55,161 nucleotides of DNA from Thermoplasmata archaeon (GTDB lineage: Archaea > Thermoplasmatota > Thermoplasmata > Lutacidiplasmatales > UBA184). Positions 7,907 to 17,124 of the stretch are shown here, piece after piece. The position numbers and the translations under genes are program-made. Every line of letters begins with the position of its first letter. The first letter of the stretch is position 1. The stretch spans positions 1-55,161 of the forward strand of contig JAJYWS010000005.1 in NCBI GenBank assembly GCA_021791335.1, given 5' to 3'. The notes below the pieces were generated by a model, which did not search any database, was not told where the DNA came from, and saw only the letters and a program-made list of their open reading frames with translations.

Positions 7907-8606
7907 GGACGAGCGCCTCCGCGGTGGGGAAGTCGACGAGGAGCGGTCGGACCTCCTGACGGACCGACGCGACGACCTCCTCGACGCTCCGGTCGGCCCG
8001 GATCGTCACGAAGCCGTCCCGGGGCGCGAGCCGGTCGTACTCCCGCTTGAGCCGGGTCTGGAAGAGCCGGAAGCTCTCGAGCAGGCTCTCCGAGAGCCCC
8101 AGGTCCATGCCGGCCTCCCAGGTGTTGATCTTTTCGCGCGCGGCGAGCTTCCTCGCGATCGAGGTCGCGACGGGGACCCGGAAGTAGAGCACCCGGTCCG
8201 GCCGCGGGGCGAAGGCGTAGAGGTTGCGGACCCACCGGGGATCGCAGCCCCGGGCGGCGTCCCGGGCGAAGGCGGTGTAGGCGTAGCGGTCGCAGACGAC
8301 CAGATAGCCGGCCCGGAGCGGCGGGGCGATGTGCCGCTCGAAGCGGTCGGCGAAGTCGGCCGCATGGAGCAGCGAGAAGGTCGTCGCCGTCAGCAGGTTC
8401 TGCTTCTTGCCCCGCCGGATCGCGTCGGAGACCAGTTCCGACGAGTTCCACTCGGTGAAGAAGACCCGGTAGCCGAGCGCGCCGAGCCACTTGACCAGGA
8501 GCCGGGCCTGCGTCGACTTCCCGCTCCCGTCGAGCCCTTCGAAGGCGATGATCCGGCCCGGGTACCCGTGGCCCCCCGGCGGAGGCGTCCGACGGTCAGC
8601 GGGCAT
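7899..8606 (-). CDS. dTMP-kinase-like P-loop protein with a canonical Walker A (GLDGSGKST)
   Basis: The 235-aa protein is Tmk-like (..LLHAADFADRFE.., ..CDRYAYT..). It overlaps the ppx stop by 11 nt. Confidence 0.7.
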   Translation of the reverse strand: MPADRRTPPPGGHGYPGRIIAFEGLDGSGKSTQARLLVKWLGALGYRVFFTEWNSSELVSDAIRRGKKQNLLTATTFSLLHAADFADRFERHIAPPLRAGYLVVCDRYAYTAFARDAARGCDPRWVRNLYAFAPRPDRVLYFRVPVATSIARKLAAREKINTWEAGMDLGLSESLLESFRLFQTRLKREYDRLAPRDGFVTIRADRSVEEVVASVRQEVRPLLVDFPTAEALVHG

Positions 8607-10131
8607 CGACCTCCGCGCCCAGCCCGAACCGGTCGTCGAGCGGCCGGACCACCTTTTCGAGGAGCCGCTCCCGGCCGGCGGCCCCGAACCGGGGGGGCAG
8701 GTGGAGCGAGAGCCGCCGTCCGCCCCGGACCGGGGTCGCCCGGACCCCCAGATCGGTGAGCGTCGCCGCGACCCGCACGAGGGTGCCGAGAAGGCCGGCC
8801 GTTTTAAGGCTAGTTCCGTCCAGCAGCGGCCGCCACTCCCGCCGGACCCCCTCCGGCAGGTCGTCTTCCCGGGCCATGACCGCGAGCGCGGCGAGGCCGA
8901 TCGACCGGTGGGAGAGCCCGAGGTGGGGGAGGTGGCGCAGCAGGTAGGAGGAGTGCCGCTCCTGCCGCCAGTCGTCGACGACCCGGCCGAGGTCGTGGAG
9001 GACGGCGGCGGTCGCGAGCGCCATCCGCTCCTCGTCGCCCCACCCGCGCCGCCGGGCGACGGCGTCGTAGAGCCGCTCGGCGAGCGCCCGGACCTTGAAG
9101 TGCCGGGGCACCAGCGGTCCGAAGGTCATCCCGATCGAGTCGAGCGACCGGTCGAGCAGCGTGTCGGCGGAAGCGGGGACGGGGATCCGGGCGAACTCGA
9201 CGAGCAGCCCCTCCCGGATCCCGTGCCCGCTCACCAGGATCCGGTCGAGCCCCGTCCAGTCGAGGAGGCATCGGAACGTCTCGAGGCCGGCCGGGAGGAC
9301 CTCGGCCCGGGACCGGCCGATGCCCGGGAGCGCCCGGCGCCGCTCGGCGGCCATGGGGTGGAGGATCTCGCCGAGCGCCTCGAGATCGCTGCGGTGGAGC
9401 TCGAATCCGTGGGCCTGGGGCAGCGGGTACCCCCTCAGCTGGACGACGGCCCGGGCGAGCGCCCGGCCGGTGCCCCCGACCGCGATCAGCCGCCGGGCGC
9501 CGCGCAGACGCCGGACGGTCTCGAGCCGCGCCTCGACCTCGTCGGCGAGCCGCCGACGCTCCTTGGGCAGCGGCGGATCGTGCTCGAAGAAGCGGTCGGA
9601 GAGCCGCTGGGCCCCGAGCGGCAGCGAGACCGCCTCCCCGAACCGCCCGCCGCGGACCCGGACCAACTGGAGCGATCCGCCGCCCAGATCGGCGATGAGG
9701 TCGCGGTCGAGCGGCCAGGCGGCGGCGACCCCGAGATAGCCGTAGTACGCCTCCTCCGACCCCGAGAGCACCCGCAGCCGGAGGCCGGTCCGGCGCCGGA
9801 CCGCCTTCCGGAACCGGTCTTGGTTCGGCGCGTCCCGGACCGCGCTGGTCGCGACGGCCCGGACCGGCGGGTTCCCGAGCTCCTTCAGGTCCCGGGCGAA
9901 CCGGTCGAGCGCCTGGAGCCCCCGGTCGACCGCCCCCGGGCTCAAGCTGCCGTCGTCGGCGACCTGCCGGCCGAGCCTCGGGACCTCCTTCGCCCGGAAG
10001 ACGACCCTGAACCCGCCGTGGGCCCCGACCTCGTAGACGGCGAGCCGGGCCGTGTGGGAGCCGACGTCGATCACGGCCGCACGGCCGACCCGGATCCGCC
10101 GGACCGACCGGGGCGATCTCCCTCCGGTCAC
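8596..10131 (-). CDS. ppx: Exopolyphosphatase (Ppx/GppA family) with a C-terminal HD domain
   Basis: Motifs are AVIDVGSHTARL, IADLGGGSLQL and AAVLHDLGR. The protein is 511 aa long. Confidence 0.85.
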   Translation of the reverse strand: MTGGRSPRSVRRIRVGRAAVIDVGSHTARLAVYEVGAHGGFRVVFRAKEVPRLGRQVADDGSLSPGAVDRGLQALDRFARDLKELGNPPVRAVATSAVRDAPNQDRFRKAVRRRTGLRLRVLSGSEEAYYGYLGVAAAWPLDRDLIADLGGGSLQLVRVRGGRFGEAVSLPLGAQRLSDRFFEHDPPLPKERRRLADEVEARLETVRRLRGARRLIAVGGTGRALARAVVQLRGYPLPQAHGFELHRSDLEALGEILHPMAAERRRALPGIGRSRAEVLPAGLETFRCLLDWTGLDRILVSGHGIREGLLVEFARIPVPASADTLLDRSLDSIGMTFGPLVPRHFKVRALAERLYDAVARRRGWGDEERMALATAAVLHDLGRVVDDWRQERHSSYLLRHLPHLGLSHRSIGLAALAVMAREDDLPEGVRREWRPLLDGTSLKTAGLLGTLVRVAATLTDLGVRATPVRGGRRLSLHLPPRFGAAGRERLLEKVVRPLDDRFGLGAEVDAR

Positions 10132-10155
10132 CGGCTCCCGGAGGCGGTCCGGCGG

Positions 10156-10160
10156 ATAAA
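10156..10160 (-). promoter_or_regulatory. TATA-like box (GTTTATC on the minus strand) for the ppx operon
   Basis: It lies 25 nt upstream of ppx ATG 10131. Confidence 0.4.
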
Positions 10161-10197
10161 CCCGGCCGCCGCGGCCGGTCGGCGCCCGGGCGAGCGG

Positions 10198-10203
10198 TTG
10201 ATA
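10198..10203 (+). promoter_or_regulatory. TATA-like box (TTGATA) for trmI
   Basis: It lies 24 nt upstream of ATG 10227. It overlaps the ORF-track ATG at 10203, which argues against that start. Confidence 0.35.
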
Positions 10204-10226
10204 TGGAGCGCCGCGGTCGGTCGGGC

Positions 10227-11006
10227 ATGGCGAGCGGTCCCCGTCCGTTCCGGGAGGGGGAGTGGGTCCTGCTGGACGGCGAGGGGGTCGATCCGATCCT
10301 GGCCCCGGTGCGCGCCGGGACCCAGACGATCGACCGCTCGACCTCGATCGACCTCACCGGGCTCATCGGCGCGCTCCCGGGGACCCGCTTCGCCTGGCTC
10401 GGGGTCGCCTACACCGCCGTGCGGCCCAGCCTCGCCGACCGGCTCGCCCGGCTCAAGCGGGGCGCGCAGATCGTCACCGGGAAGGACGCGGCCCAGATCG
10501 TCTTCCGGGCCGGGATCGGCCCGGGTGCGTCGGTCGCGGAGGCGGGATCGGGCAGCGGGGCCCTGACCCTGGCGCTCGCCCACGCCGTCGGTCCGATGGG
10601 CACGGTCGTCTCCTACGACCGCCGGCCCGACTTTCTCCGGGCGGCCCGGGCCAACGTCGCGGCCGCCGGCTGGGCGGAGCGCGTCCGGTTCGTCGAACGC
10701 GACGTGGTCGCCGACGGCCTCGACACCGAGGGGCTCGATGCGGTGATCCTCGACCTCCCGGAGCCCTGGCAGGTCGTCGCGGCGGCCCGGTCCGCGCTCG
10801 TTCCGGGGGGCTATCTCGTCACCTACAGCCCGACCTACAACCAGCTCGAACGGTCGGTCCGGGAGATGCGGTCGGCCGGCTTCGGCCCGGTCGACGCCGA
10901 GGAGGTCCTGGTCCGGGCCCTCCACGTCGGGGAGGGCGGCACCCGGCCCGACTTCGAGATGCTCGGCCACACCGGCTTCCTCGGTTTCGGGCGGCGGAGG
11001 CGGTAG
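10227..11006 (+). CDS. trmI: tRNA (adenine-N1)-methyltransferase (TrmI/Gcd14 family)
   Basis: A SAM motif is present (VAEAGSGSGALTLAL), followed by ..AVILDLPEPWQVV... The start was chosen by TATA spacing; 10203 is the alternative. Confidence 0.8.
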   Translation: MASGPRPFREGEWVLLDGEGVDPILAPVRAGTQTIDRSTSIDLTGLIGALPGTRFAWLGVAYTAVRPSLADRLARLKRGAQIVTGKDAAQIVFRAGIGPGASVAEAGSGSGALTLALAHAVGPMGTVVSYDRRPDFLRAARANVAAAGWAERVRFVERDVVADGLDTEGLDAVILDLPEPWQVVAAARSALVPGGYLVTYSPTYNQLERSVREMRSAGFGPVDAEEVLVRALHVGEGGTRPDFEMLGHTGFLGFGRRRR

Positions 11007-11768
11007 ATGGTCGACGCCTCGCTGTCCCTCGGGGCGGTCGTCGGGGTGCTGCTCTCGGGGGGGTTCGTCTACTACGAGGTCGGCCGGTTCGCGACCCCCC
11101 AGGTGGAGGAGACCCGGTTCAACGAGCGCCGGGCGATCTTCGCCTATACGGGCGGGTTGTTCGTCGGGGTCCCGCTGGCGATCTTCCTCCTCCTCTTCCT
11201 GACGTCGACGGGGAACGGCGCCTGGCCGGGCGCGATCCTCTTCCTCGGCCTCCTCCTGGCGGTCGGGGAGGGGGCCGAGTGGGGGCTCCTGCGGAGCCGC
11301 TACTTCGGCACCGGGCCGGCCGGCCCGTTCTACGCGCTCGCGTTCCGGGCCGGGGTCGCGGCGATCCTCATCCTCGCGATCATGGCCCAGGTGCTGGGCG
11401 CCCCGACGCTGAGCGCCCCCGCGATCGGCCTCGCCCTCGGCCAGTCGCTGGCCCTCCTCGCCTTCGGCGCGATGGGCGCATTGATGAGCCTGCCCGGCCG
11501 CTACCGCTCCGACCGACGGGCGACGCCGATCCTCTCGGTCGCGCTGGGGGGGTTCGGCTACCTGCTGATCGCCTTCCCCACCTTCAGCGGGCCGGCGGTG
11601 GGCGCCGCGGCCCTGGGGGTGGGCATCGTCGGCGCGGGCTACCTCTACCTGCAGCAGCGACCGCTCCTCGCGACGATCCCGCCGCCGTCGGGCCCGGCCG
11701 CCCGGCCGGGGGTCGGCGCCCCCGGTTCCCGGTACGGGCGGACCGAGCCGCCGCCGCGGCGGCCGTAG
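11007..11768 (+). CDS. Polytopic membrane protein, function unknown
   Basis: The ATG directly abuts the trmI stop. There are about 7 hydrophobic segments, and the composition is protein-like rather than shadow-ORF-like. Confidence 0.5.
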   Translation: MVDASLSLGAVVGVLLSGGFVYYEVGRFATPQVEETRFNERRAIFAYTGGLFVGVPLAIFLLLFLTSTGNGAWPGAILFLGLLLAVGEGAEWGLLRSRYFGTGPAGPFYALAFRAGVAAILILAIMAQVLGAPTLSAPAIGLALGQSLALLAFGAMGALMSLPGRYRSDRRATPILSVALGGFGYLLIAFPTFSGPAVGAAALGVGIVGAGYLYLQQRPLLATIPPPSGPAARPGVGAPGSRYGRTEPPPRRP

Positions 11769-11805
11769 CCGGGGGTCGGCCCCCCCGCGCGCCGTTCCAT
11801 ACCTT

Positions 11806-11812
11806 CTTATTT
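11806..11812 (+). promoter_or_regulatory. TATA-like box (CTTATTT)
   Basis: It lies 23 nt upstream of ATG 11835. Confidence 0.35.
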
Positions 11813-11834
11813 GCCGGGTCATCCCGCCTACCGT

Positions 11835-12260
11835 ATGTCGGCCGGTCCCTCGCCGAGGAAGTGGAGCCGTCGGTGGGAGGAGGGGCTCCGGACGTACCGG
11901 GCGCTCGTCGCCGACTTCATCCTCGCCGTCGGCATCTTCCTGACGGTCCTGGTGGTCGGCTACTTCACCCCCCTCTCGACCGTCGGGCCGTTCCCGGCGA
12001 TCAACGCGGTGACCGCGACGCCGACGACGAACTACAACCTCCTCTTCGCGGTCCTCGGACCGATCCTCGTCATCATCGGCGGGTACATGGCCGGGGCGTA
12101 CTACTTCGCCCGGCTCCAGTTCGAGCACCTCATGCGGACCCGCAGCAAGGCCGAGTTCCTCCGCAACATCCCCGAGCTGGAGGAGGCGCTCGCCGAGCTC
12201 ACCCCCGCGGATGAGCTCCGCTACGCCCAGCGGCTCGGGGAGCTCCGCATCCGGCGCTGA
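11835..12260 (+). CDS. Two-TM membrane protein with a helical C-terminal tail, function unknown
   Basis: It lies in ORF 11811..12260. I moved the start to ATG 11835 because the TTG at 11811 sits inside the TATA box. Confidence 0.5.
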   Translation: MSAGPSPRKWSRRWEEGLRTYRALVADFILAVGIFLTVLVVGYFTPLSTVGPFPAINAVTATPTTNYNLLFAVLGPILVIIGGYMAGAYYFARLQFEHLMRTRSKAEFLRNIPELEEALAELTPADELRYAQRLGELRIRR

Positions 12261-12281
12261 CGCGAGGGCCGGGCCCCGCGA

Positions 12282-12289
12282 TTTAAGTA
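12282..12289 (+). promoter_or_regulatory. TATA-like box (TTTAAGTA)
   Basis: It lies 22 nt upstream of GTG 12311. Confidence 0.4.
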
Positions 12290-12310
12290 TTCCGCGCCCC
12301 TCGACGGGAG

Positions 12311-13210
12311 GTGGCCGCCGCGCCCCCTGCCGCCCCGAAGGAGGAGATCCTCTACCGGAGGCTCCGCAAGCCCGAGGAGTTCCGGCAGGTGGAGGAGCTC
12401 CAGCGGAAGATCTGGGGGCACCGCGACGAGCCCACCCTCTCCCCCGGGCTCCAGCGGGCGGTCCAGGACAACGGCGGGATCGTGATCGGCGCCTTCGTCG
12501 ACATCTACCTGGTCGGGTTCACCTTCGGCTTCATCGGGTGGGACGGCCAGACGCTCTACCACTACTCCCACCTGACCGGGGTCCGGCCCGAGTACCAGCA
12601 TCACGGCGTCGGGTTCCGGCTGAAGCTCGCCCAGCGCGACGAGGTGGTCGCCTCGGGGCTCCCCCAGATCCGGTGGAACTTCGATCCGCTGCAGAGCCGC
12701 AACGCGAACCTGGCGCTCCGCAAGCTCGGCGCCCGGCCGGACCGCTACATGGTCCATTACTACGGCCAGATCTCCGACCGGGTCCACGAGGGGCAGGAGA
12801 CCGACCGGCTGCGGGCGGTCTGGACCCTCGAGGAGCCCCGGGTGGTCGAGCGGATCGGCGGCCGCCGGCCCTCCCGGGAGGAGGAGCTCACCCGCTGGGA
12901 GCAGGCGAAGCCGCTCCTCGAGACCGAGGAGGGGCCGAGCGGACTCCGCCGGCCGGTCGCGGTCGAGGAGCCGTCGGGCCGGGGGGAGGCGGTGCTCGAG
13001 ATCCCGTTCGACCTCGCGGTCCTCCAGGAGCACGACCCGGAGTCGGTCCGGCGCTGGCGGCATGCCGTCCGCGACGCGTTCCGGGCCGCCTTCGACCTCG
13101 GGTGGACGGTCGACGACTTCGCCGTCGTCCGCAAGGAGCACGAGCGCCGGGCGGGCTACATCCTCCGCCCCCCCGCGCCGACGGCGTTGGTTCCGCCCAA
13201 CGGGAATTGA
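12311..13210 (+). CDS. GNAT-superfamily acetyltransferase-like protein (COG3375-type)
   Basis: Motifs are ..GGIVIGAFVD..LVGFTFGF..YSHLTGVRPEYQHHGVGFRLKLAQR.. and ..WNFDPLQSRNANLALRKLGA... It uses a GTG start. Confidence 0.6.
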   Translation: MAAAPPAAPKEEILYRRLRKPEEFRQVEELQRKIWGHRDEPTLSPGLQRAVQDNGGIVIGAFVDIYLVGFTFGFIGWDGQTLYHYSHLTGVRPEYQHHGVGFRLKLAQRDEVVASGLPQIRWNFDPLQSRNANLALRKLGARPDRYMVHYYGQISDRVHEGQETDRLRAVWTLEEPRVVERIGGRRPSREEELTRWEQAKPLLETEEGPSGLRRPVAVEEPSGRGEAVLEIPFDLAVLQEHDPESVRRWRHAVRDAFRAAFDLGWTVDDFAVVRKEHERRAGYILRPPAPTALVPPNGN

Positions 13211-13276
13211 CCGAAGGTTTATCATCCCACCCGCGGCTCTCGGGGTCCAGGGGGCGGTCTCCCCGGGAACGAAACC

Positions 13277-13921
13277 ATGTCCTTCATCGACAATTTGGGA
13301 ATCGAGCTCGATGCGCTGATCCTGGTCACGGCGGTGCTGTTCTACACCGCGATCTGGTCGTGGTACCTGGGCCGGGAGAACCGCGCCGCGGTGGAGGGCC
13401 AGTTGCGGGGCGGCTCCTGGATGCTCGGCGCGCTCGGGGGCTTCCTGCTGCTCCTCGGGCTCTGGGGGGAGTTCACCTGGCCCCTGCCGGCGGCCTACAA
13501 CATGCTGTTCTACGACCCGACGGTCCTGATCGGGCTCGTCCTCCTCGGCTTCTTCGGCGCGATCCGCTTCGGGCTGCCGACGCACTACGTCGGGGTCTTC
13601 GCCTTCGTTTCGGGCTGGGGGGTCATCTACTACGGCCTGCGCGCCTACCAGCTCGGCCTGACGACCGAACCGTTCGACATGATGGGCATGTTCGTCGCGT
13701 TCGGATCGATGGCCGTGCTCGCGCTCCCCGTGACCCTCTACCTGGACCTCTACGTCCTGAACCGCCTCAACCTGGGGTCGAAGGGGACGTCGACCCCGGC
13801 GTATCCGATGGCCTGGAACCTCCTCATCGGCCTCTTCCTCCTCGTGGCGGTCGTCGCCGGGGTCGCTTCGATCCTGATGGGCTTCAACACCGTCTGGAGC
13901 CACCTCGCCTCCCCGCCCTGA
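13277..13921 (+). CDS. Integral membrane protein (DUF981-like)
   Basis: The 214-aa protein has about 6 TM segments and ..AAYNMLFYDPTVL... The family assignment is from memory only. Confidence 0.5.
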   Translation: MSFIDNLGIELDALILVTAVLFYTAIWSWYLGRENRAAVEGQLRGGSWMLGALGGFLLLLGLWGEFTWPLPAAYNMLFYDPTVLIGLVLLGFFGAIRFGLPTHYVGVFAFVSGWGVIYYGLRAYQLGLTTEPFDMMGMFVAFGSMAVLALPVTLYLDLYVLNRLNLGSKGTSTPAYPMAWNLLIGLFLLVAVVAGVASILMGFNTVWSHLASPP

Positions 13922-13983
13922 TCGAACGCCGCGGGGCCGGGCCCCCCGCAAAAGAGCATAACCCCGGCCCGGGTACCTAGGGC

Positions 13984-14910
13984 ATGGCGCCGGACCGCCC
14001 CGCGCTGCCCCGGACCCTCCGGGCCGGGATCCTGCTGCTCGTCGGCGTCGGGGTCGCCGTCGGCCTGGCCGCCGCCTTCCTGCGCTCCCCGGCGAGCCCG
14101 GGCGCCGGGCCGGCCCCCTCGCCGTCGACGACCCTCCTCCTGAGCCCGCTCCTCATCGGCGCCGGGATCGTCGGGGTCTGCCTCGCCGCGCTCGTCTTCT
14201 TCCTCGTCTACCAGTTCCGGCAGGGCCGCTCGCCGTTTCCGGCCCAGGTGGTCGTCGGCTTCATCCTGGTCCTGCTCCTCCTGGTCGGCTTCGTCGCGTT
14301 GAGCCACCTCTTCACCGGCACGACCGCGCCGTCCGGCAACTCGACCGCCCCGGCCTCCTCGAACCAGACCGGGAGCTCCCCGACCAACACGACCCACGGC
14401 ATCCTGACCGGACCGGGCGGTTCGATCCAGACGCTCGGGCTCACGATCCCCGTCTGGCTGTTGGGGGTGCTCGCGGCGATCGCGGCGATCGCCGTGGGCT
14501 ATGTGGCGTTGCCGTGGGTGACCTCGCTGCGGAGCCGCGCCCAGGGGGAGGCGGACCCCGCCCGGGGCCCGAGCCGGACCGAGCTCCGCCGGATCCTGTC
14601 CCGCTCCCTGGCGGAGATCACCGAGACGCCGGCCGATCCCCGCCCGGCGATCATCGAACTGTACGGCCGGCTCCTCGGCCTGCTCGGACCGATGGTGGGC
14701 GGGGTCGACTTCGACACCCCCACGGAGATCCAGCTTCGGCACCTCACCCGACTCGGCGTGGGGGCGGCGACCGCCGAGTCGCTGACCCGGCTCTTCGAGA
14801 TCGCCCGGTACTCCTCCCAGCCGCTCGGCGCCGACGACCGGGAGCGGGCCCGGGTCGCGATCGCGGAGGCGATGCACGAGTTGGACCGGGCCGGGGCGGT
14901 GCCGGGATGA
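13984..14910 (+). CDS. Membrane protein with a C-terminal DUF4129-like domain
   Basis: It has N-terminal TM helices and a Ser/Thr/Asn-rich loop. The C-terminus ..TPTEIQLRHLTRLGVGAATAESLTRLFEIARYSSQPLGADDRERA.. fits the DUF4129 pattern. Confidence 0.6.
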   Translation: MAPDRPALPRTLRAGILLLVGVGVAVGLAAAFLRSPASPGAGPAPSPSTTLLLSPLLIGAGIVGVCLAALVFFLVYQFRQGRSPFPAQVVVGFILVLLLLVGFVALSHLFTGTTAPSGNSTAPASSNQTGSSPTNTTHGILTGPGGSIQTLGLTIPVWLLGVLAAIAAIAVGYVALPWVTSLRSRAQGEADPARGPSRTELRRILSRSLAEITETPADPRPAIIELYGRLLGLLGPMVGGVDFDTPTEIQLRHLTRLGVGAATAESLTRLFEIARYSSQPLGADDRERARVAIAEAMHELDRAGAVPG

Positions 14911-15314
14911 ACTGGACCGGGGGGGCGATGGTCGGCGTCGCCGCCGCCCTCGCGGCGCTCGCCGTGGATCTGGGCGCCCATGCCGCGGCGGCCGGCGCGG
15001 CGGGCGCAGGGGCCATCGCCCTGGCCACCGTCGGCATCCTGCTCCTCGCCGATGCCCCACCGACCGTCCCGGGGTCGGCCGGCGGGTTGAATCTCCGGGC
15101 CTCCGACCGGTTCTACCACCGCGACGCGTTCCACCTGACTCCGCTCGGCCGGGAGCGGATCCTCTCGACCCTCGACCGGCTCGACCGGCGCGCGGGCCGG
15201 CCGGGCGCCGCCGATCCTTCCGGCGACCGGCTCGAGACCCTGCGCCGACTTCCCCCGGACCGGTTCCGGGAGTACGTGCGCGGCCGGATCGAAGCGTTGG
15301 AAGACGGATCGTGA
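14907..15314 (+). CDS. Small membrane protein (135 aa), function unknown
   Basis: The ATG overlaps the upstream stop (ATGA), and the stop overlaps the downstream GTG (GTGA). It has a hydrophobic N-terminal half. Confidence 0.45.
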   Translation: MNWTGGAMVGVAAALAALAVDLGAHAAAAGAAGAGAIALATVGILLLADAPPTVPGSAGGLNLRASDRFYHRDAFHLTPLGRERILSTLDRLDRRAGRPGAADPSGDRLETLRRLPPDRFREYVRGRIEALEDGS

Positions 15315-16612
15315 GCGCCCTCCGGTCGACGCGCCCGGACGGCTGGTCGTTCCGGGCGGTGTGGCTGTTCGCGGGGGGCGGGATCCTGGCCGCCGCGGCC
15401 GTGGCCCTGGGCGATCCGACGCCGCTCTTCGCGGCGGTCCCGCTCCTGGTCGCCCCGCTGGTCGTCGCCCTGCTCCTGCCGCCCGAGGCGCCCAAGGTTC
15501 GGGCCGCCTGGACGACCGATCGGGCCGGGGCCGAGCCGACGCTTAGGCTGGATTGGAGCCCCGATCCCGGGATCGATCCGGACGACCTCCGCTGGGTGCT
15601 TCCCGAGCCGAGGCCGGGACGTTGGAGTCCCGACCGGTCCGCCGAACCGTCGGGACCGGGGTGGAGCGCCCGCTTCCGGGTTCGACTCGGAACGCCGACG
15701 GTGGCGGAGGTGCCGCTGCCCGAATTCGCCTGGGAGGATCCGATCGGGCTCTACCATCGGGCGGCGACGGTCGAGGGGGCAGCGCTGGTCGTCGAGTGGT
15801 ACCCCCCGACGTTCGCGCGGTCCGGCAATCTCCGATTGCACCGGACGGTCCCGCGGCCGGGCGAGGTCCGCTCCCGGGCCGTCGGTCCGTCGGGGGAGTT
15901 CTACGGCCTCCGGGAGGCCGGCCCCCGGGACGGCCCGCGGCAGATCAACTGGCGGGCGACGGCCCGGCTCGGCCGGCCGGTGGCCAACGACTACGCGGTC
16001 GACCGCACGGGGGATGTGGTCCTGCTGCTGGATCTCCGCTCGACGCCCCTCGGACCCGACGGGGACGCCCAGGTGGCGTCGGTCCTCCGGGCCGGGGCGC
16101 TCGCGCTGACCGACCTCTTCCTGCGGGATCGCGCCCGGGTCGCGGTCGCGCTCTACCGGGAGTTCCTGGAGGCGACGCCGCTCGCCGCCGGTCGCCACCA
16201 GAGGTTCCGGATCCGGGAGCGGCTGATCGCCCCCGTCCCCCGGGGGCCCGACGGCCCCGATGAGCGGTGTGCGGTCTCGATGCGCCGGCACTACCCGGGC
16301 GGGGTGACCACGATCCTCCTGACCCCGCTCGCGTCACCGGATCCCCGGCCGCTGGTCCTCCACCTGAGGCGCCGGGGGTTTCCGGTGATCCTCCTGAGCC
16401 CCTCGCCGATGGCGCTCGAGCATGACCGGGCCGGACTCTCGGACGCCGCGCTCGACCTGGCCGACCGGCTCGACCGGCTCGCCCGGCGGGAGACGGTCGC
16501 CGCGCTCTGGGCGGAGGCGCCGACCATCGACTGGGACCGGTTCGACTCCCTGGAGCCGCTGCTGGAGTTCCTCCGCCGACCGGGGCTCCGCGGCCCCCGG
16601 AGGGTCGGATGA
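15311..16612 (+). CDS. DUF58 family protein (vWA-like partner of MoxR ATPases)
   Basis: The motif ..PRQINWRATARLGRPVANDY.. is present, with N-terminal TM helices. The protein is 433 aa long. Confidence 0.75.
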   Translation: MSALRSTRPDGWSFRAVWLFAGGGILAAAAVALGDPTPLFAAVPLLVAPLVVALLLPPEAPKVRAAWTTDRAGAEPTLRLDWSPDPGIDPDDLRWVLPEPRPGRWSPDRSAEPSGPGWSARFRVRLGTPTVAEVPLPEFAWEDPIGLYHRAATVEGAALVVEWYPPTFARSGNLRLHRTVPRPGEVRSRAVGPSGEFYGLREAGPRDGPRQINWRATARLGRPVANDYAVDRTGDVVLLLDLRSTPLGPDGDAQVASVLRAGALALTDLFLRDRARVAVALYREFLEATPLAAGRHQRFRIRERLIAPVPRGPDGPDERCAVSMRRHYPGGVTTILLTPLASPDPRPLVLHLRRRGFPVILLSPSPMALEHDRAGLSDAALDLADRLDRLARRETVAALWAEAPTIDWDRFDSLEPLLEFLRRPGLRGPRRVG

Positions 16613-17124
16613 AGCTCGTGCGGATCCCGATGAACCTGCTCGCGGGGACCGCCCTCCTCGCCGCGGTCCTCGGGGGGGCCACGCTGCTGGGGCGGTTTTC
16701 CCCGGTTTGGGAGATCGCGGGGGTCGCCGCCGGTCTCGCGGCCGCGCTGGCCGCCCAGCTCCACCCCGTGGGCCGGGCCACCGAGCTTCCCCTCATCCTC
16801 TGGATGCTGACCGTCGGAGGGGTGGCGGTCGTCCTGCCGGCGACCCTCCCGGGGGAGGCGGCCGCCGGGGCGTGCGGGATCGCCCTGCTCGGCGGGCTGC
16901 TCCTCTCGAGAGCCGCCTCGCGGCGGGAGCTTCGACGGGCGGGGGTCTTCCTCGGCCTCCCGGCGCTCGTGGTCGCGCTGGCCCTCTTCCTCTCCACGAC
17001 CACGGTCGGGGGGCTGGACCGGATCGGCTGGAGCGCGCTGCTGGTCGTCGCGGCCGTCGCGGCCGCGCTGTACTTCTGGCGGATCCCCGGGCGCCGGCCC
17101 GGGCCCTCGCAGACAAGCTCATAG
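16609..17124 (+). CDS. Membrane protein (171 aa), function unknown
   Basis: It is ATGA-coupled to the DUF58 gene and has about 5 hydrophobic segments. Confidence 0.45.
   Translation: MKLVRIPMNLLAGTALLAAVLGGATLLGRFSPVWEIAGVAAGLAAALAAQLHPVGRATELPLILWMLTVGGVAVVLPATLPGEAAAGACGIALLGGLLLSRAASRRELRRAGVFLGLPALVVALALFLSTTTVGGLDRIGWSALLVVAAVAAALYFWRIPGRRPGPSQTSS

Noticed and set aside
8491-10566. 691-aa plus-strand ORF
   Set aside because: It is antisense to ppx and extends into trmI out of frame. Its Pro/Arg/Gly/Glu-rich composition marks it as a shadow ORF.
10128-12128. 666-aa minus-strand ORF, and the 650-aa plus-strand ORF 10262..12214
   Set aside because: Both cross trmI and the two membrane-protein genes in the wrong frame or on the wrong strand. 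They are extremely Arg/Gly/Pro/Asp-rich and carry no motifs.
12211-13980. 589-aa plus-strand and 576-aa minus-strand (12221..13951) ORFs spanning the GNAT and DUF981 genes
   Set aside because: They are out of frame or antisense to two genes that have protein-like composition and TATA-supported starts. The composition is that of shadow ORFs.
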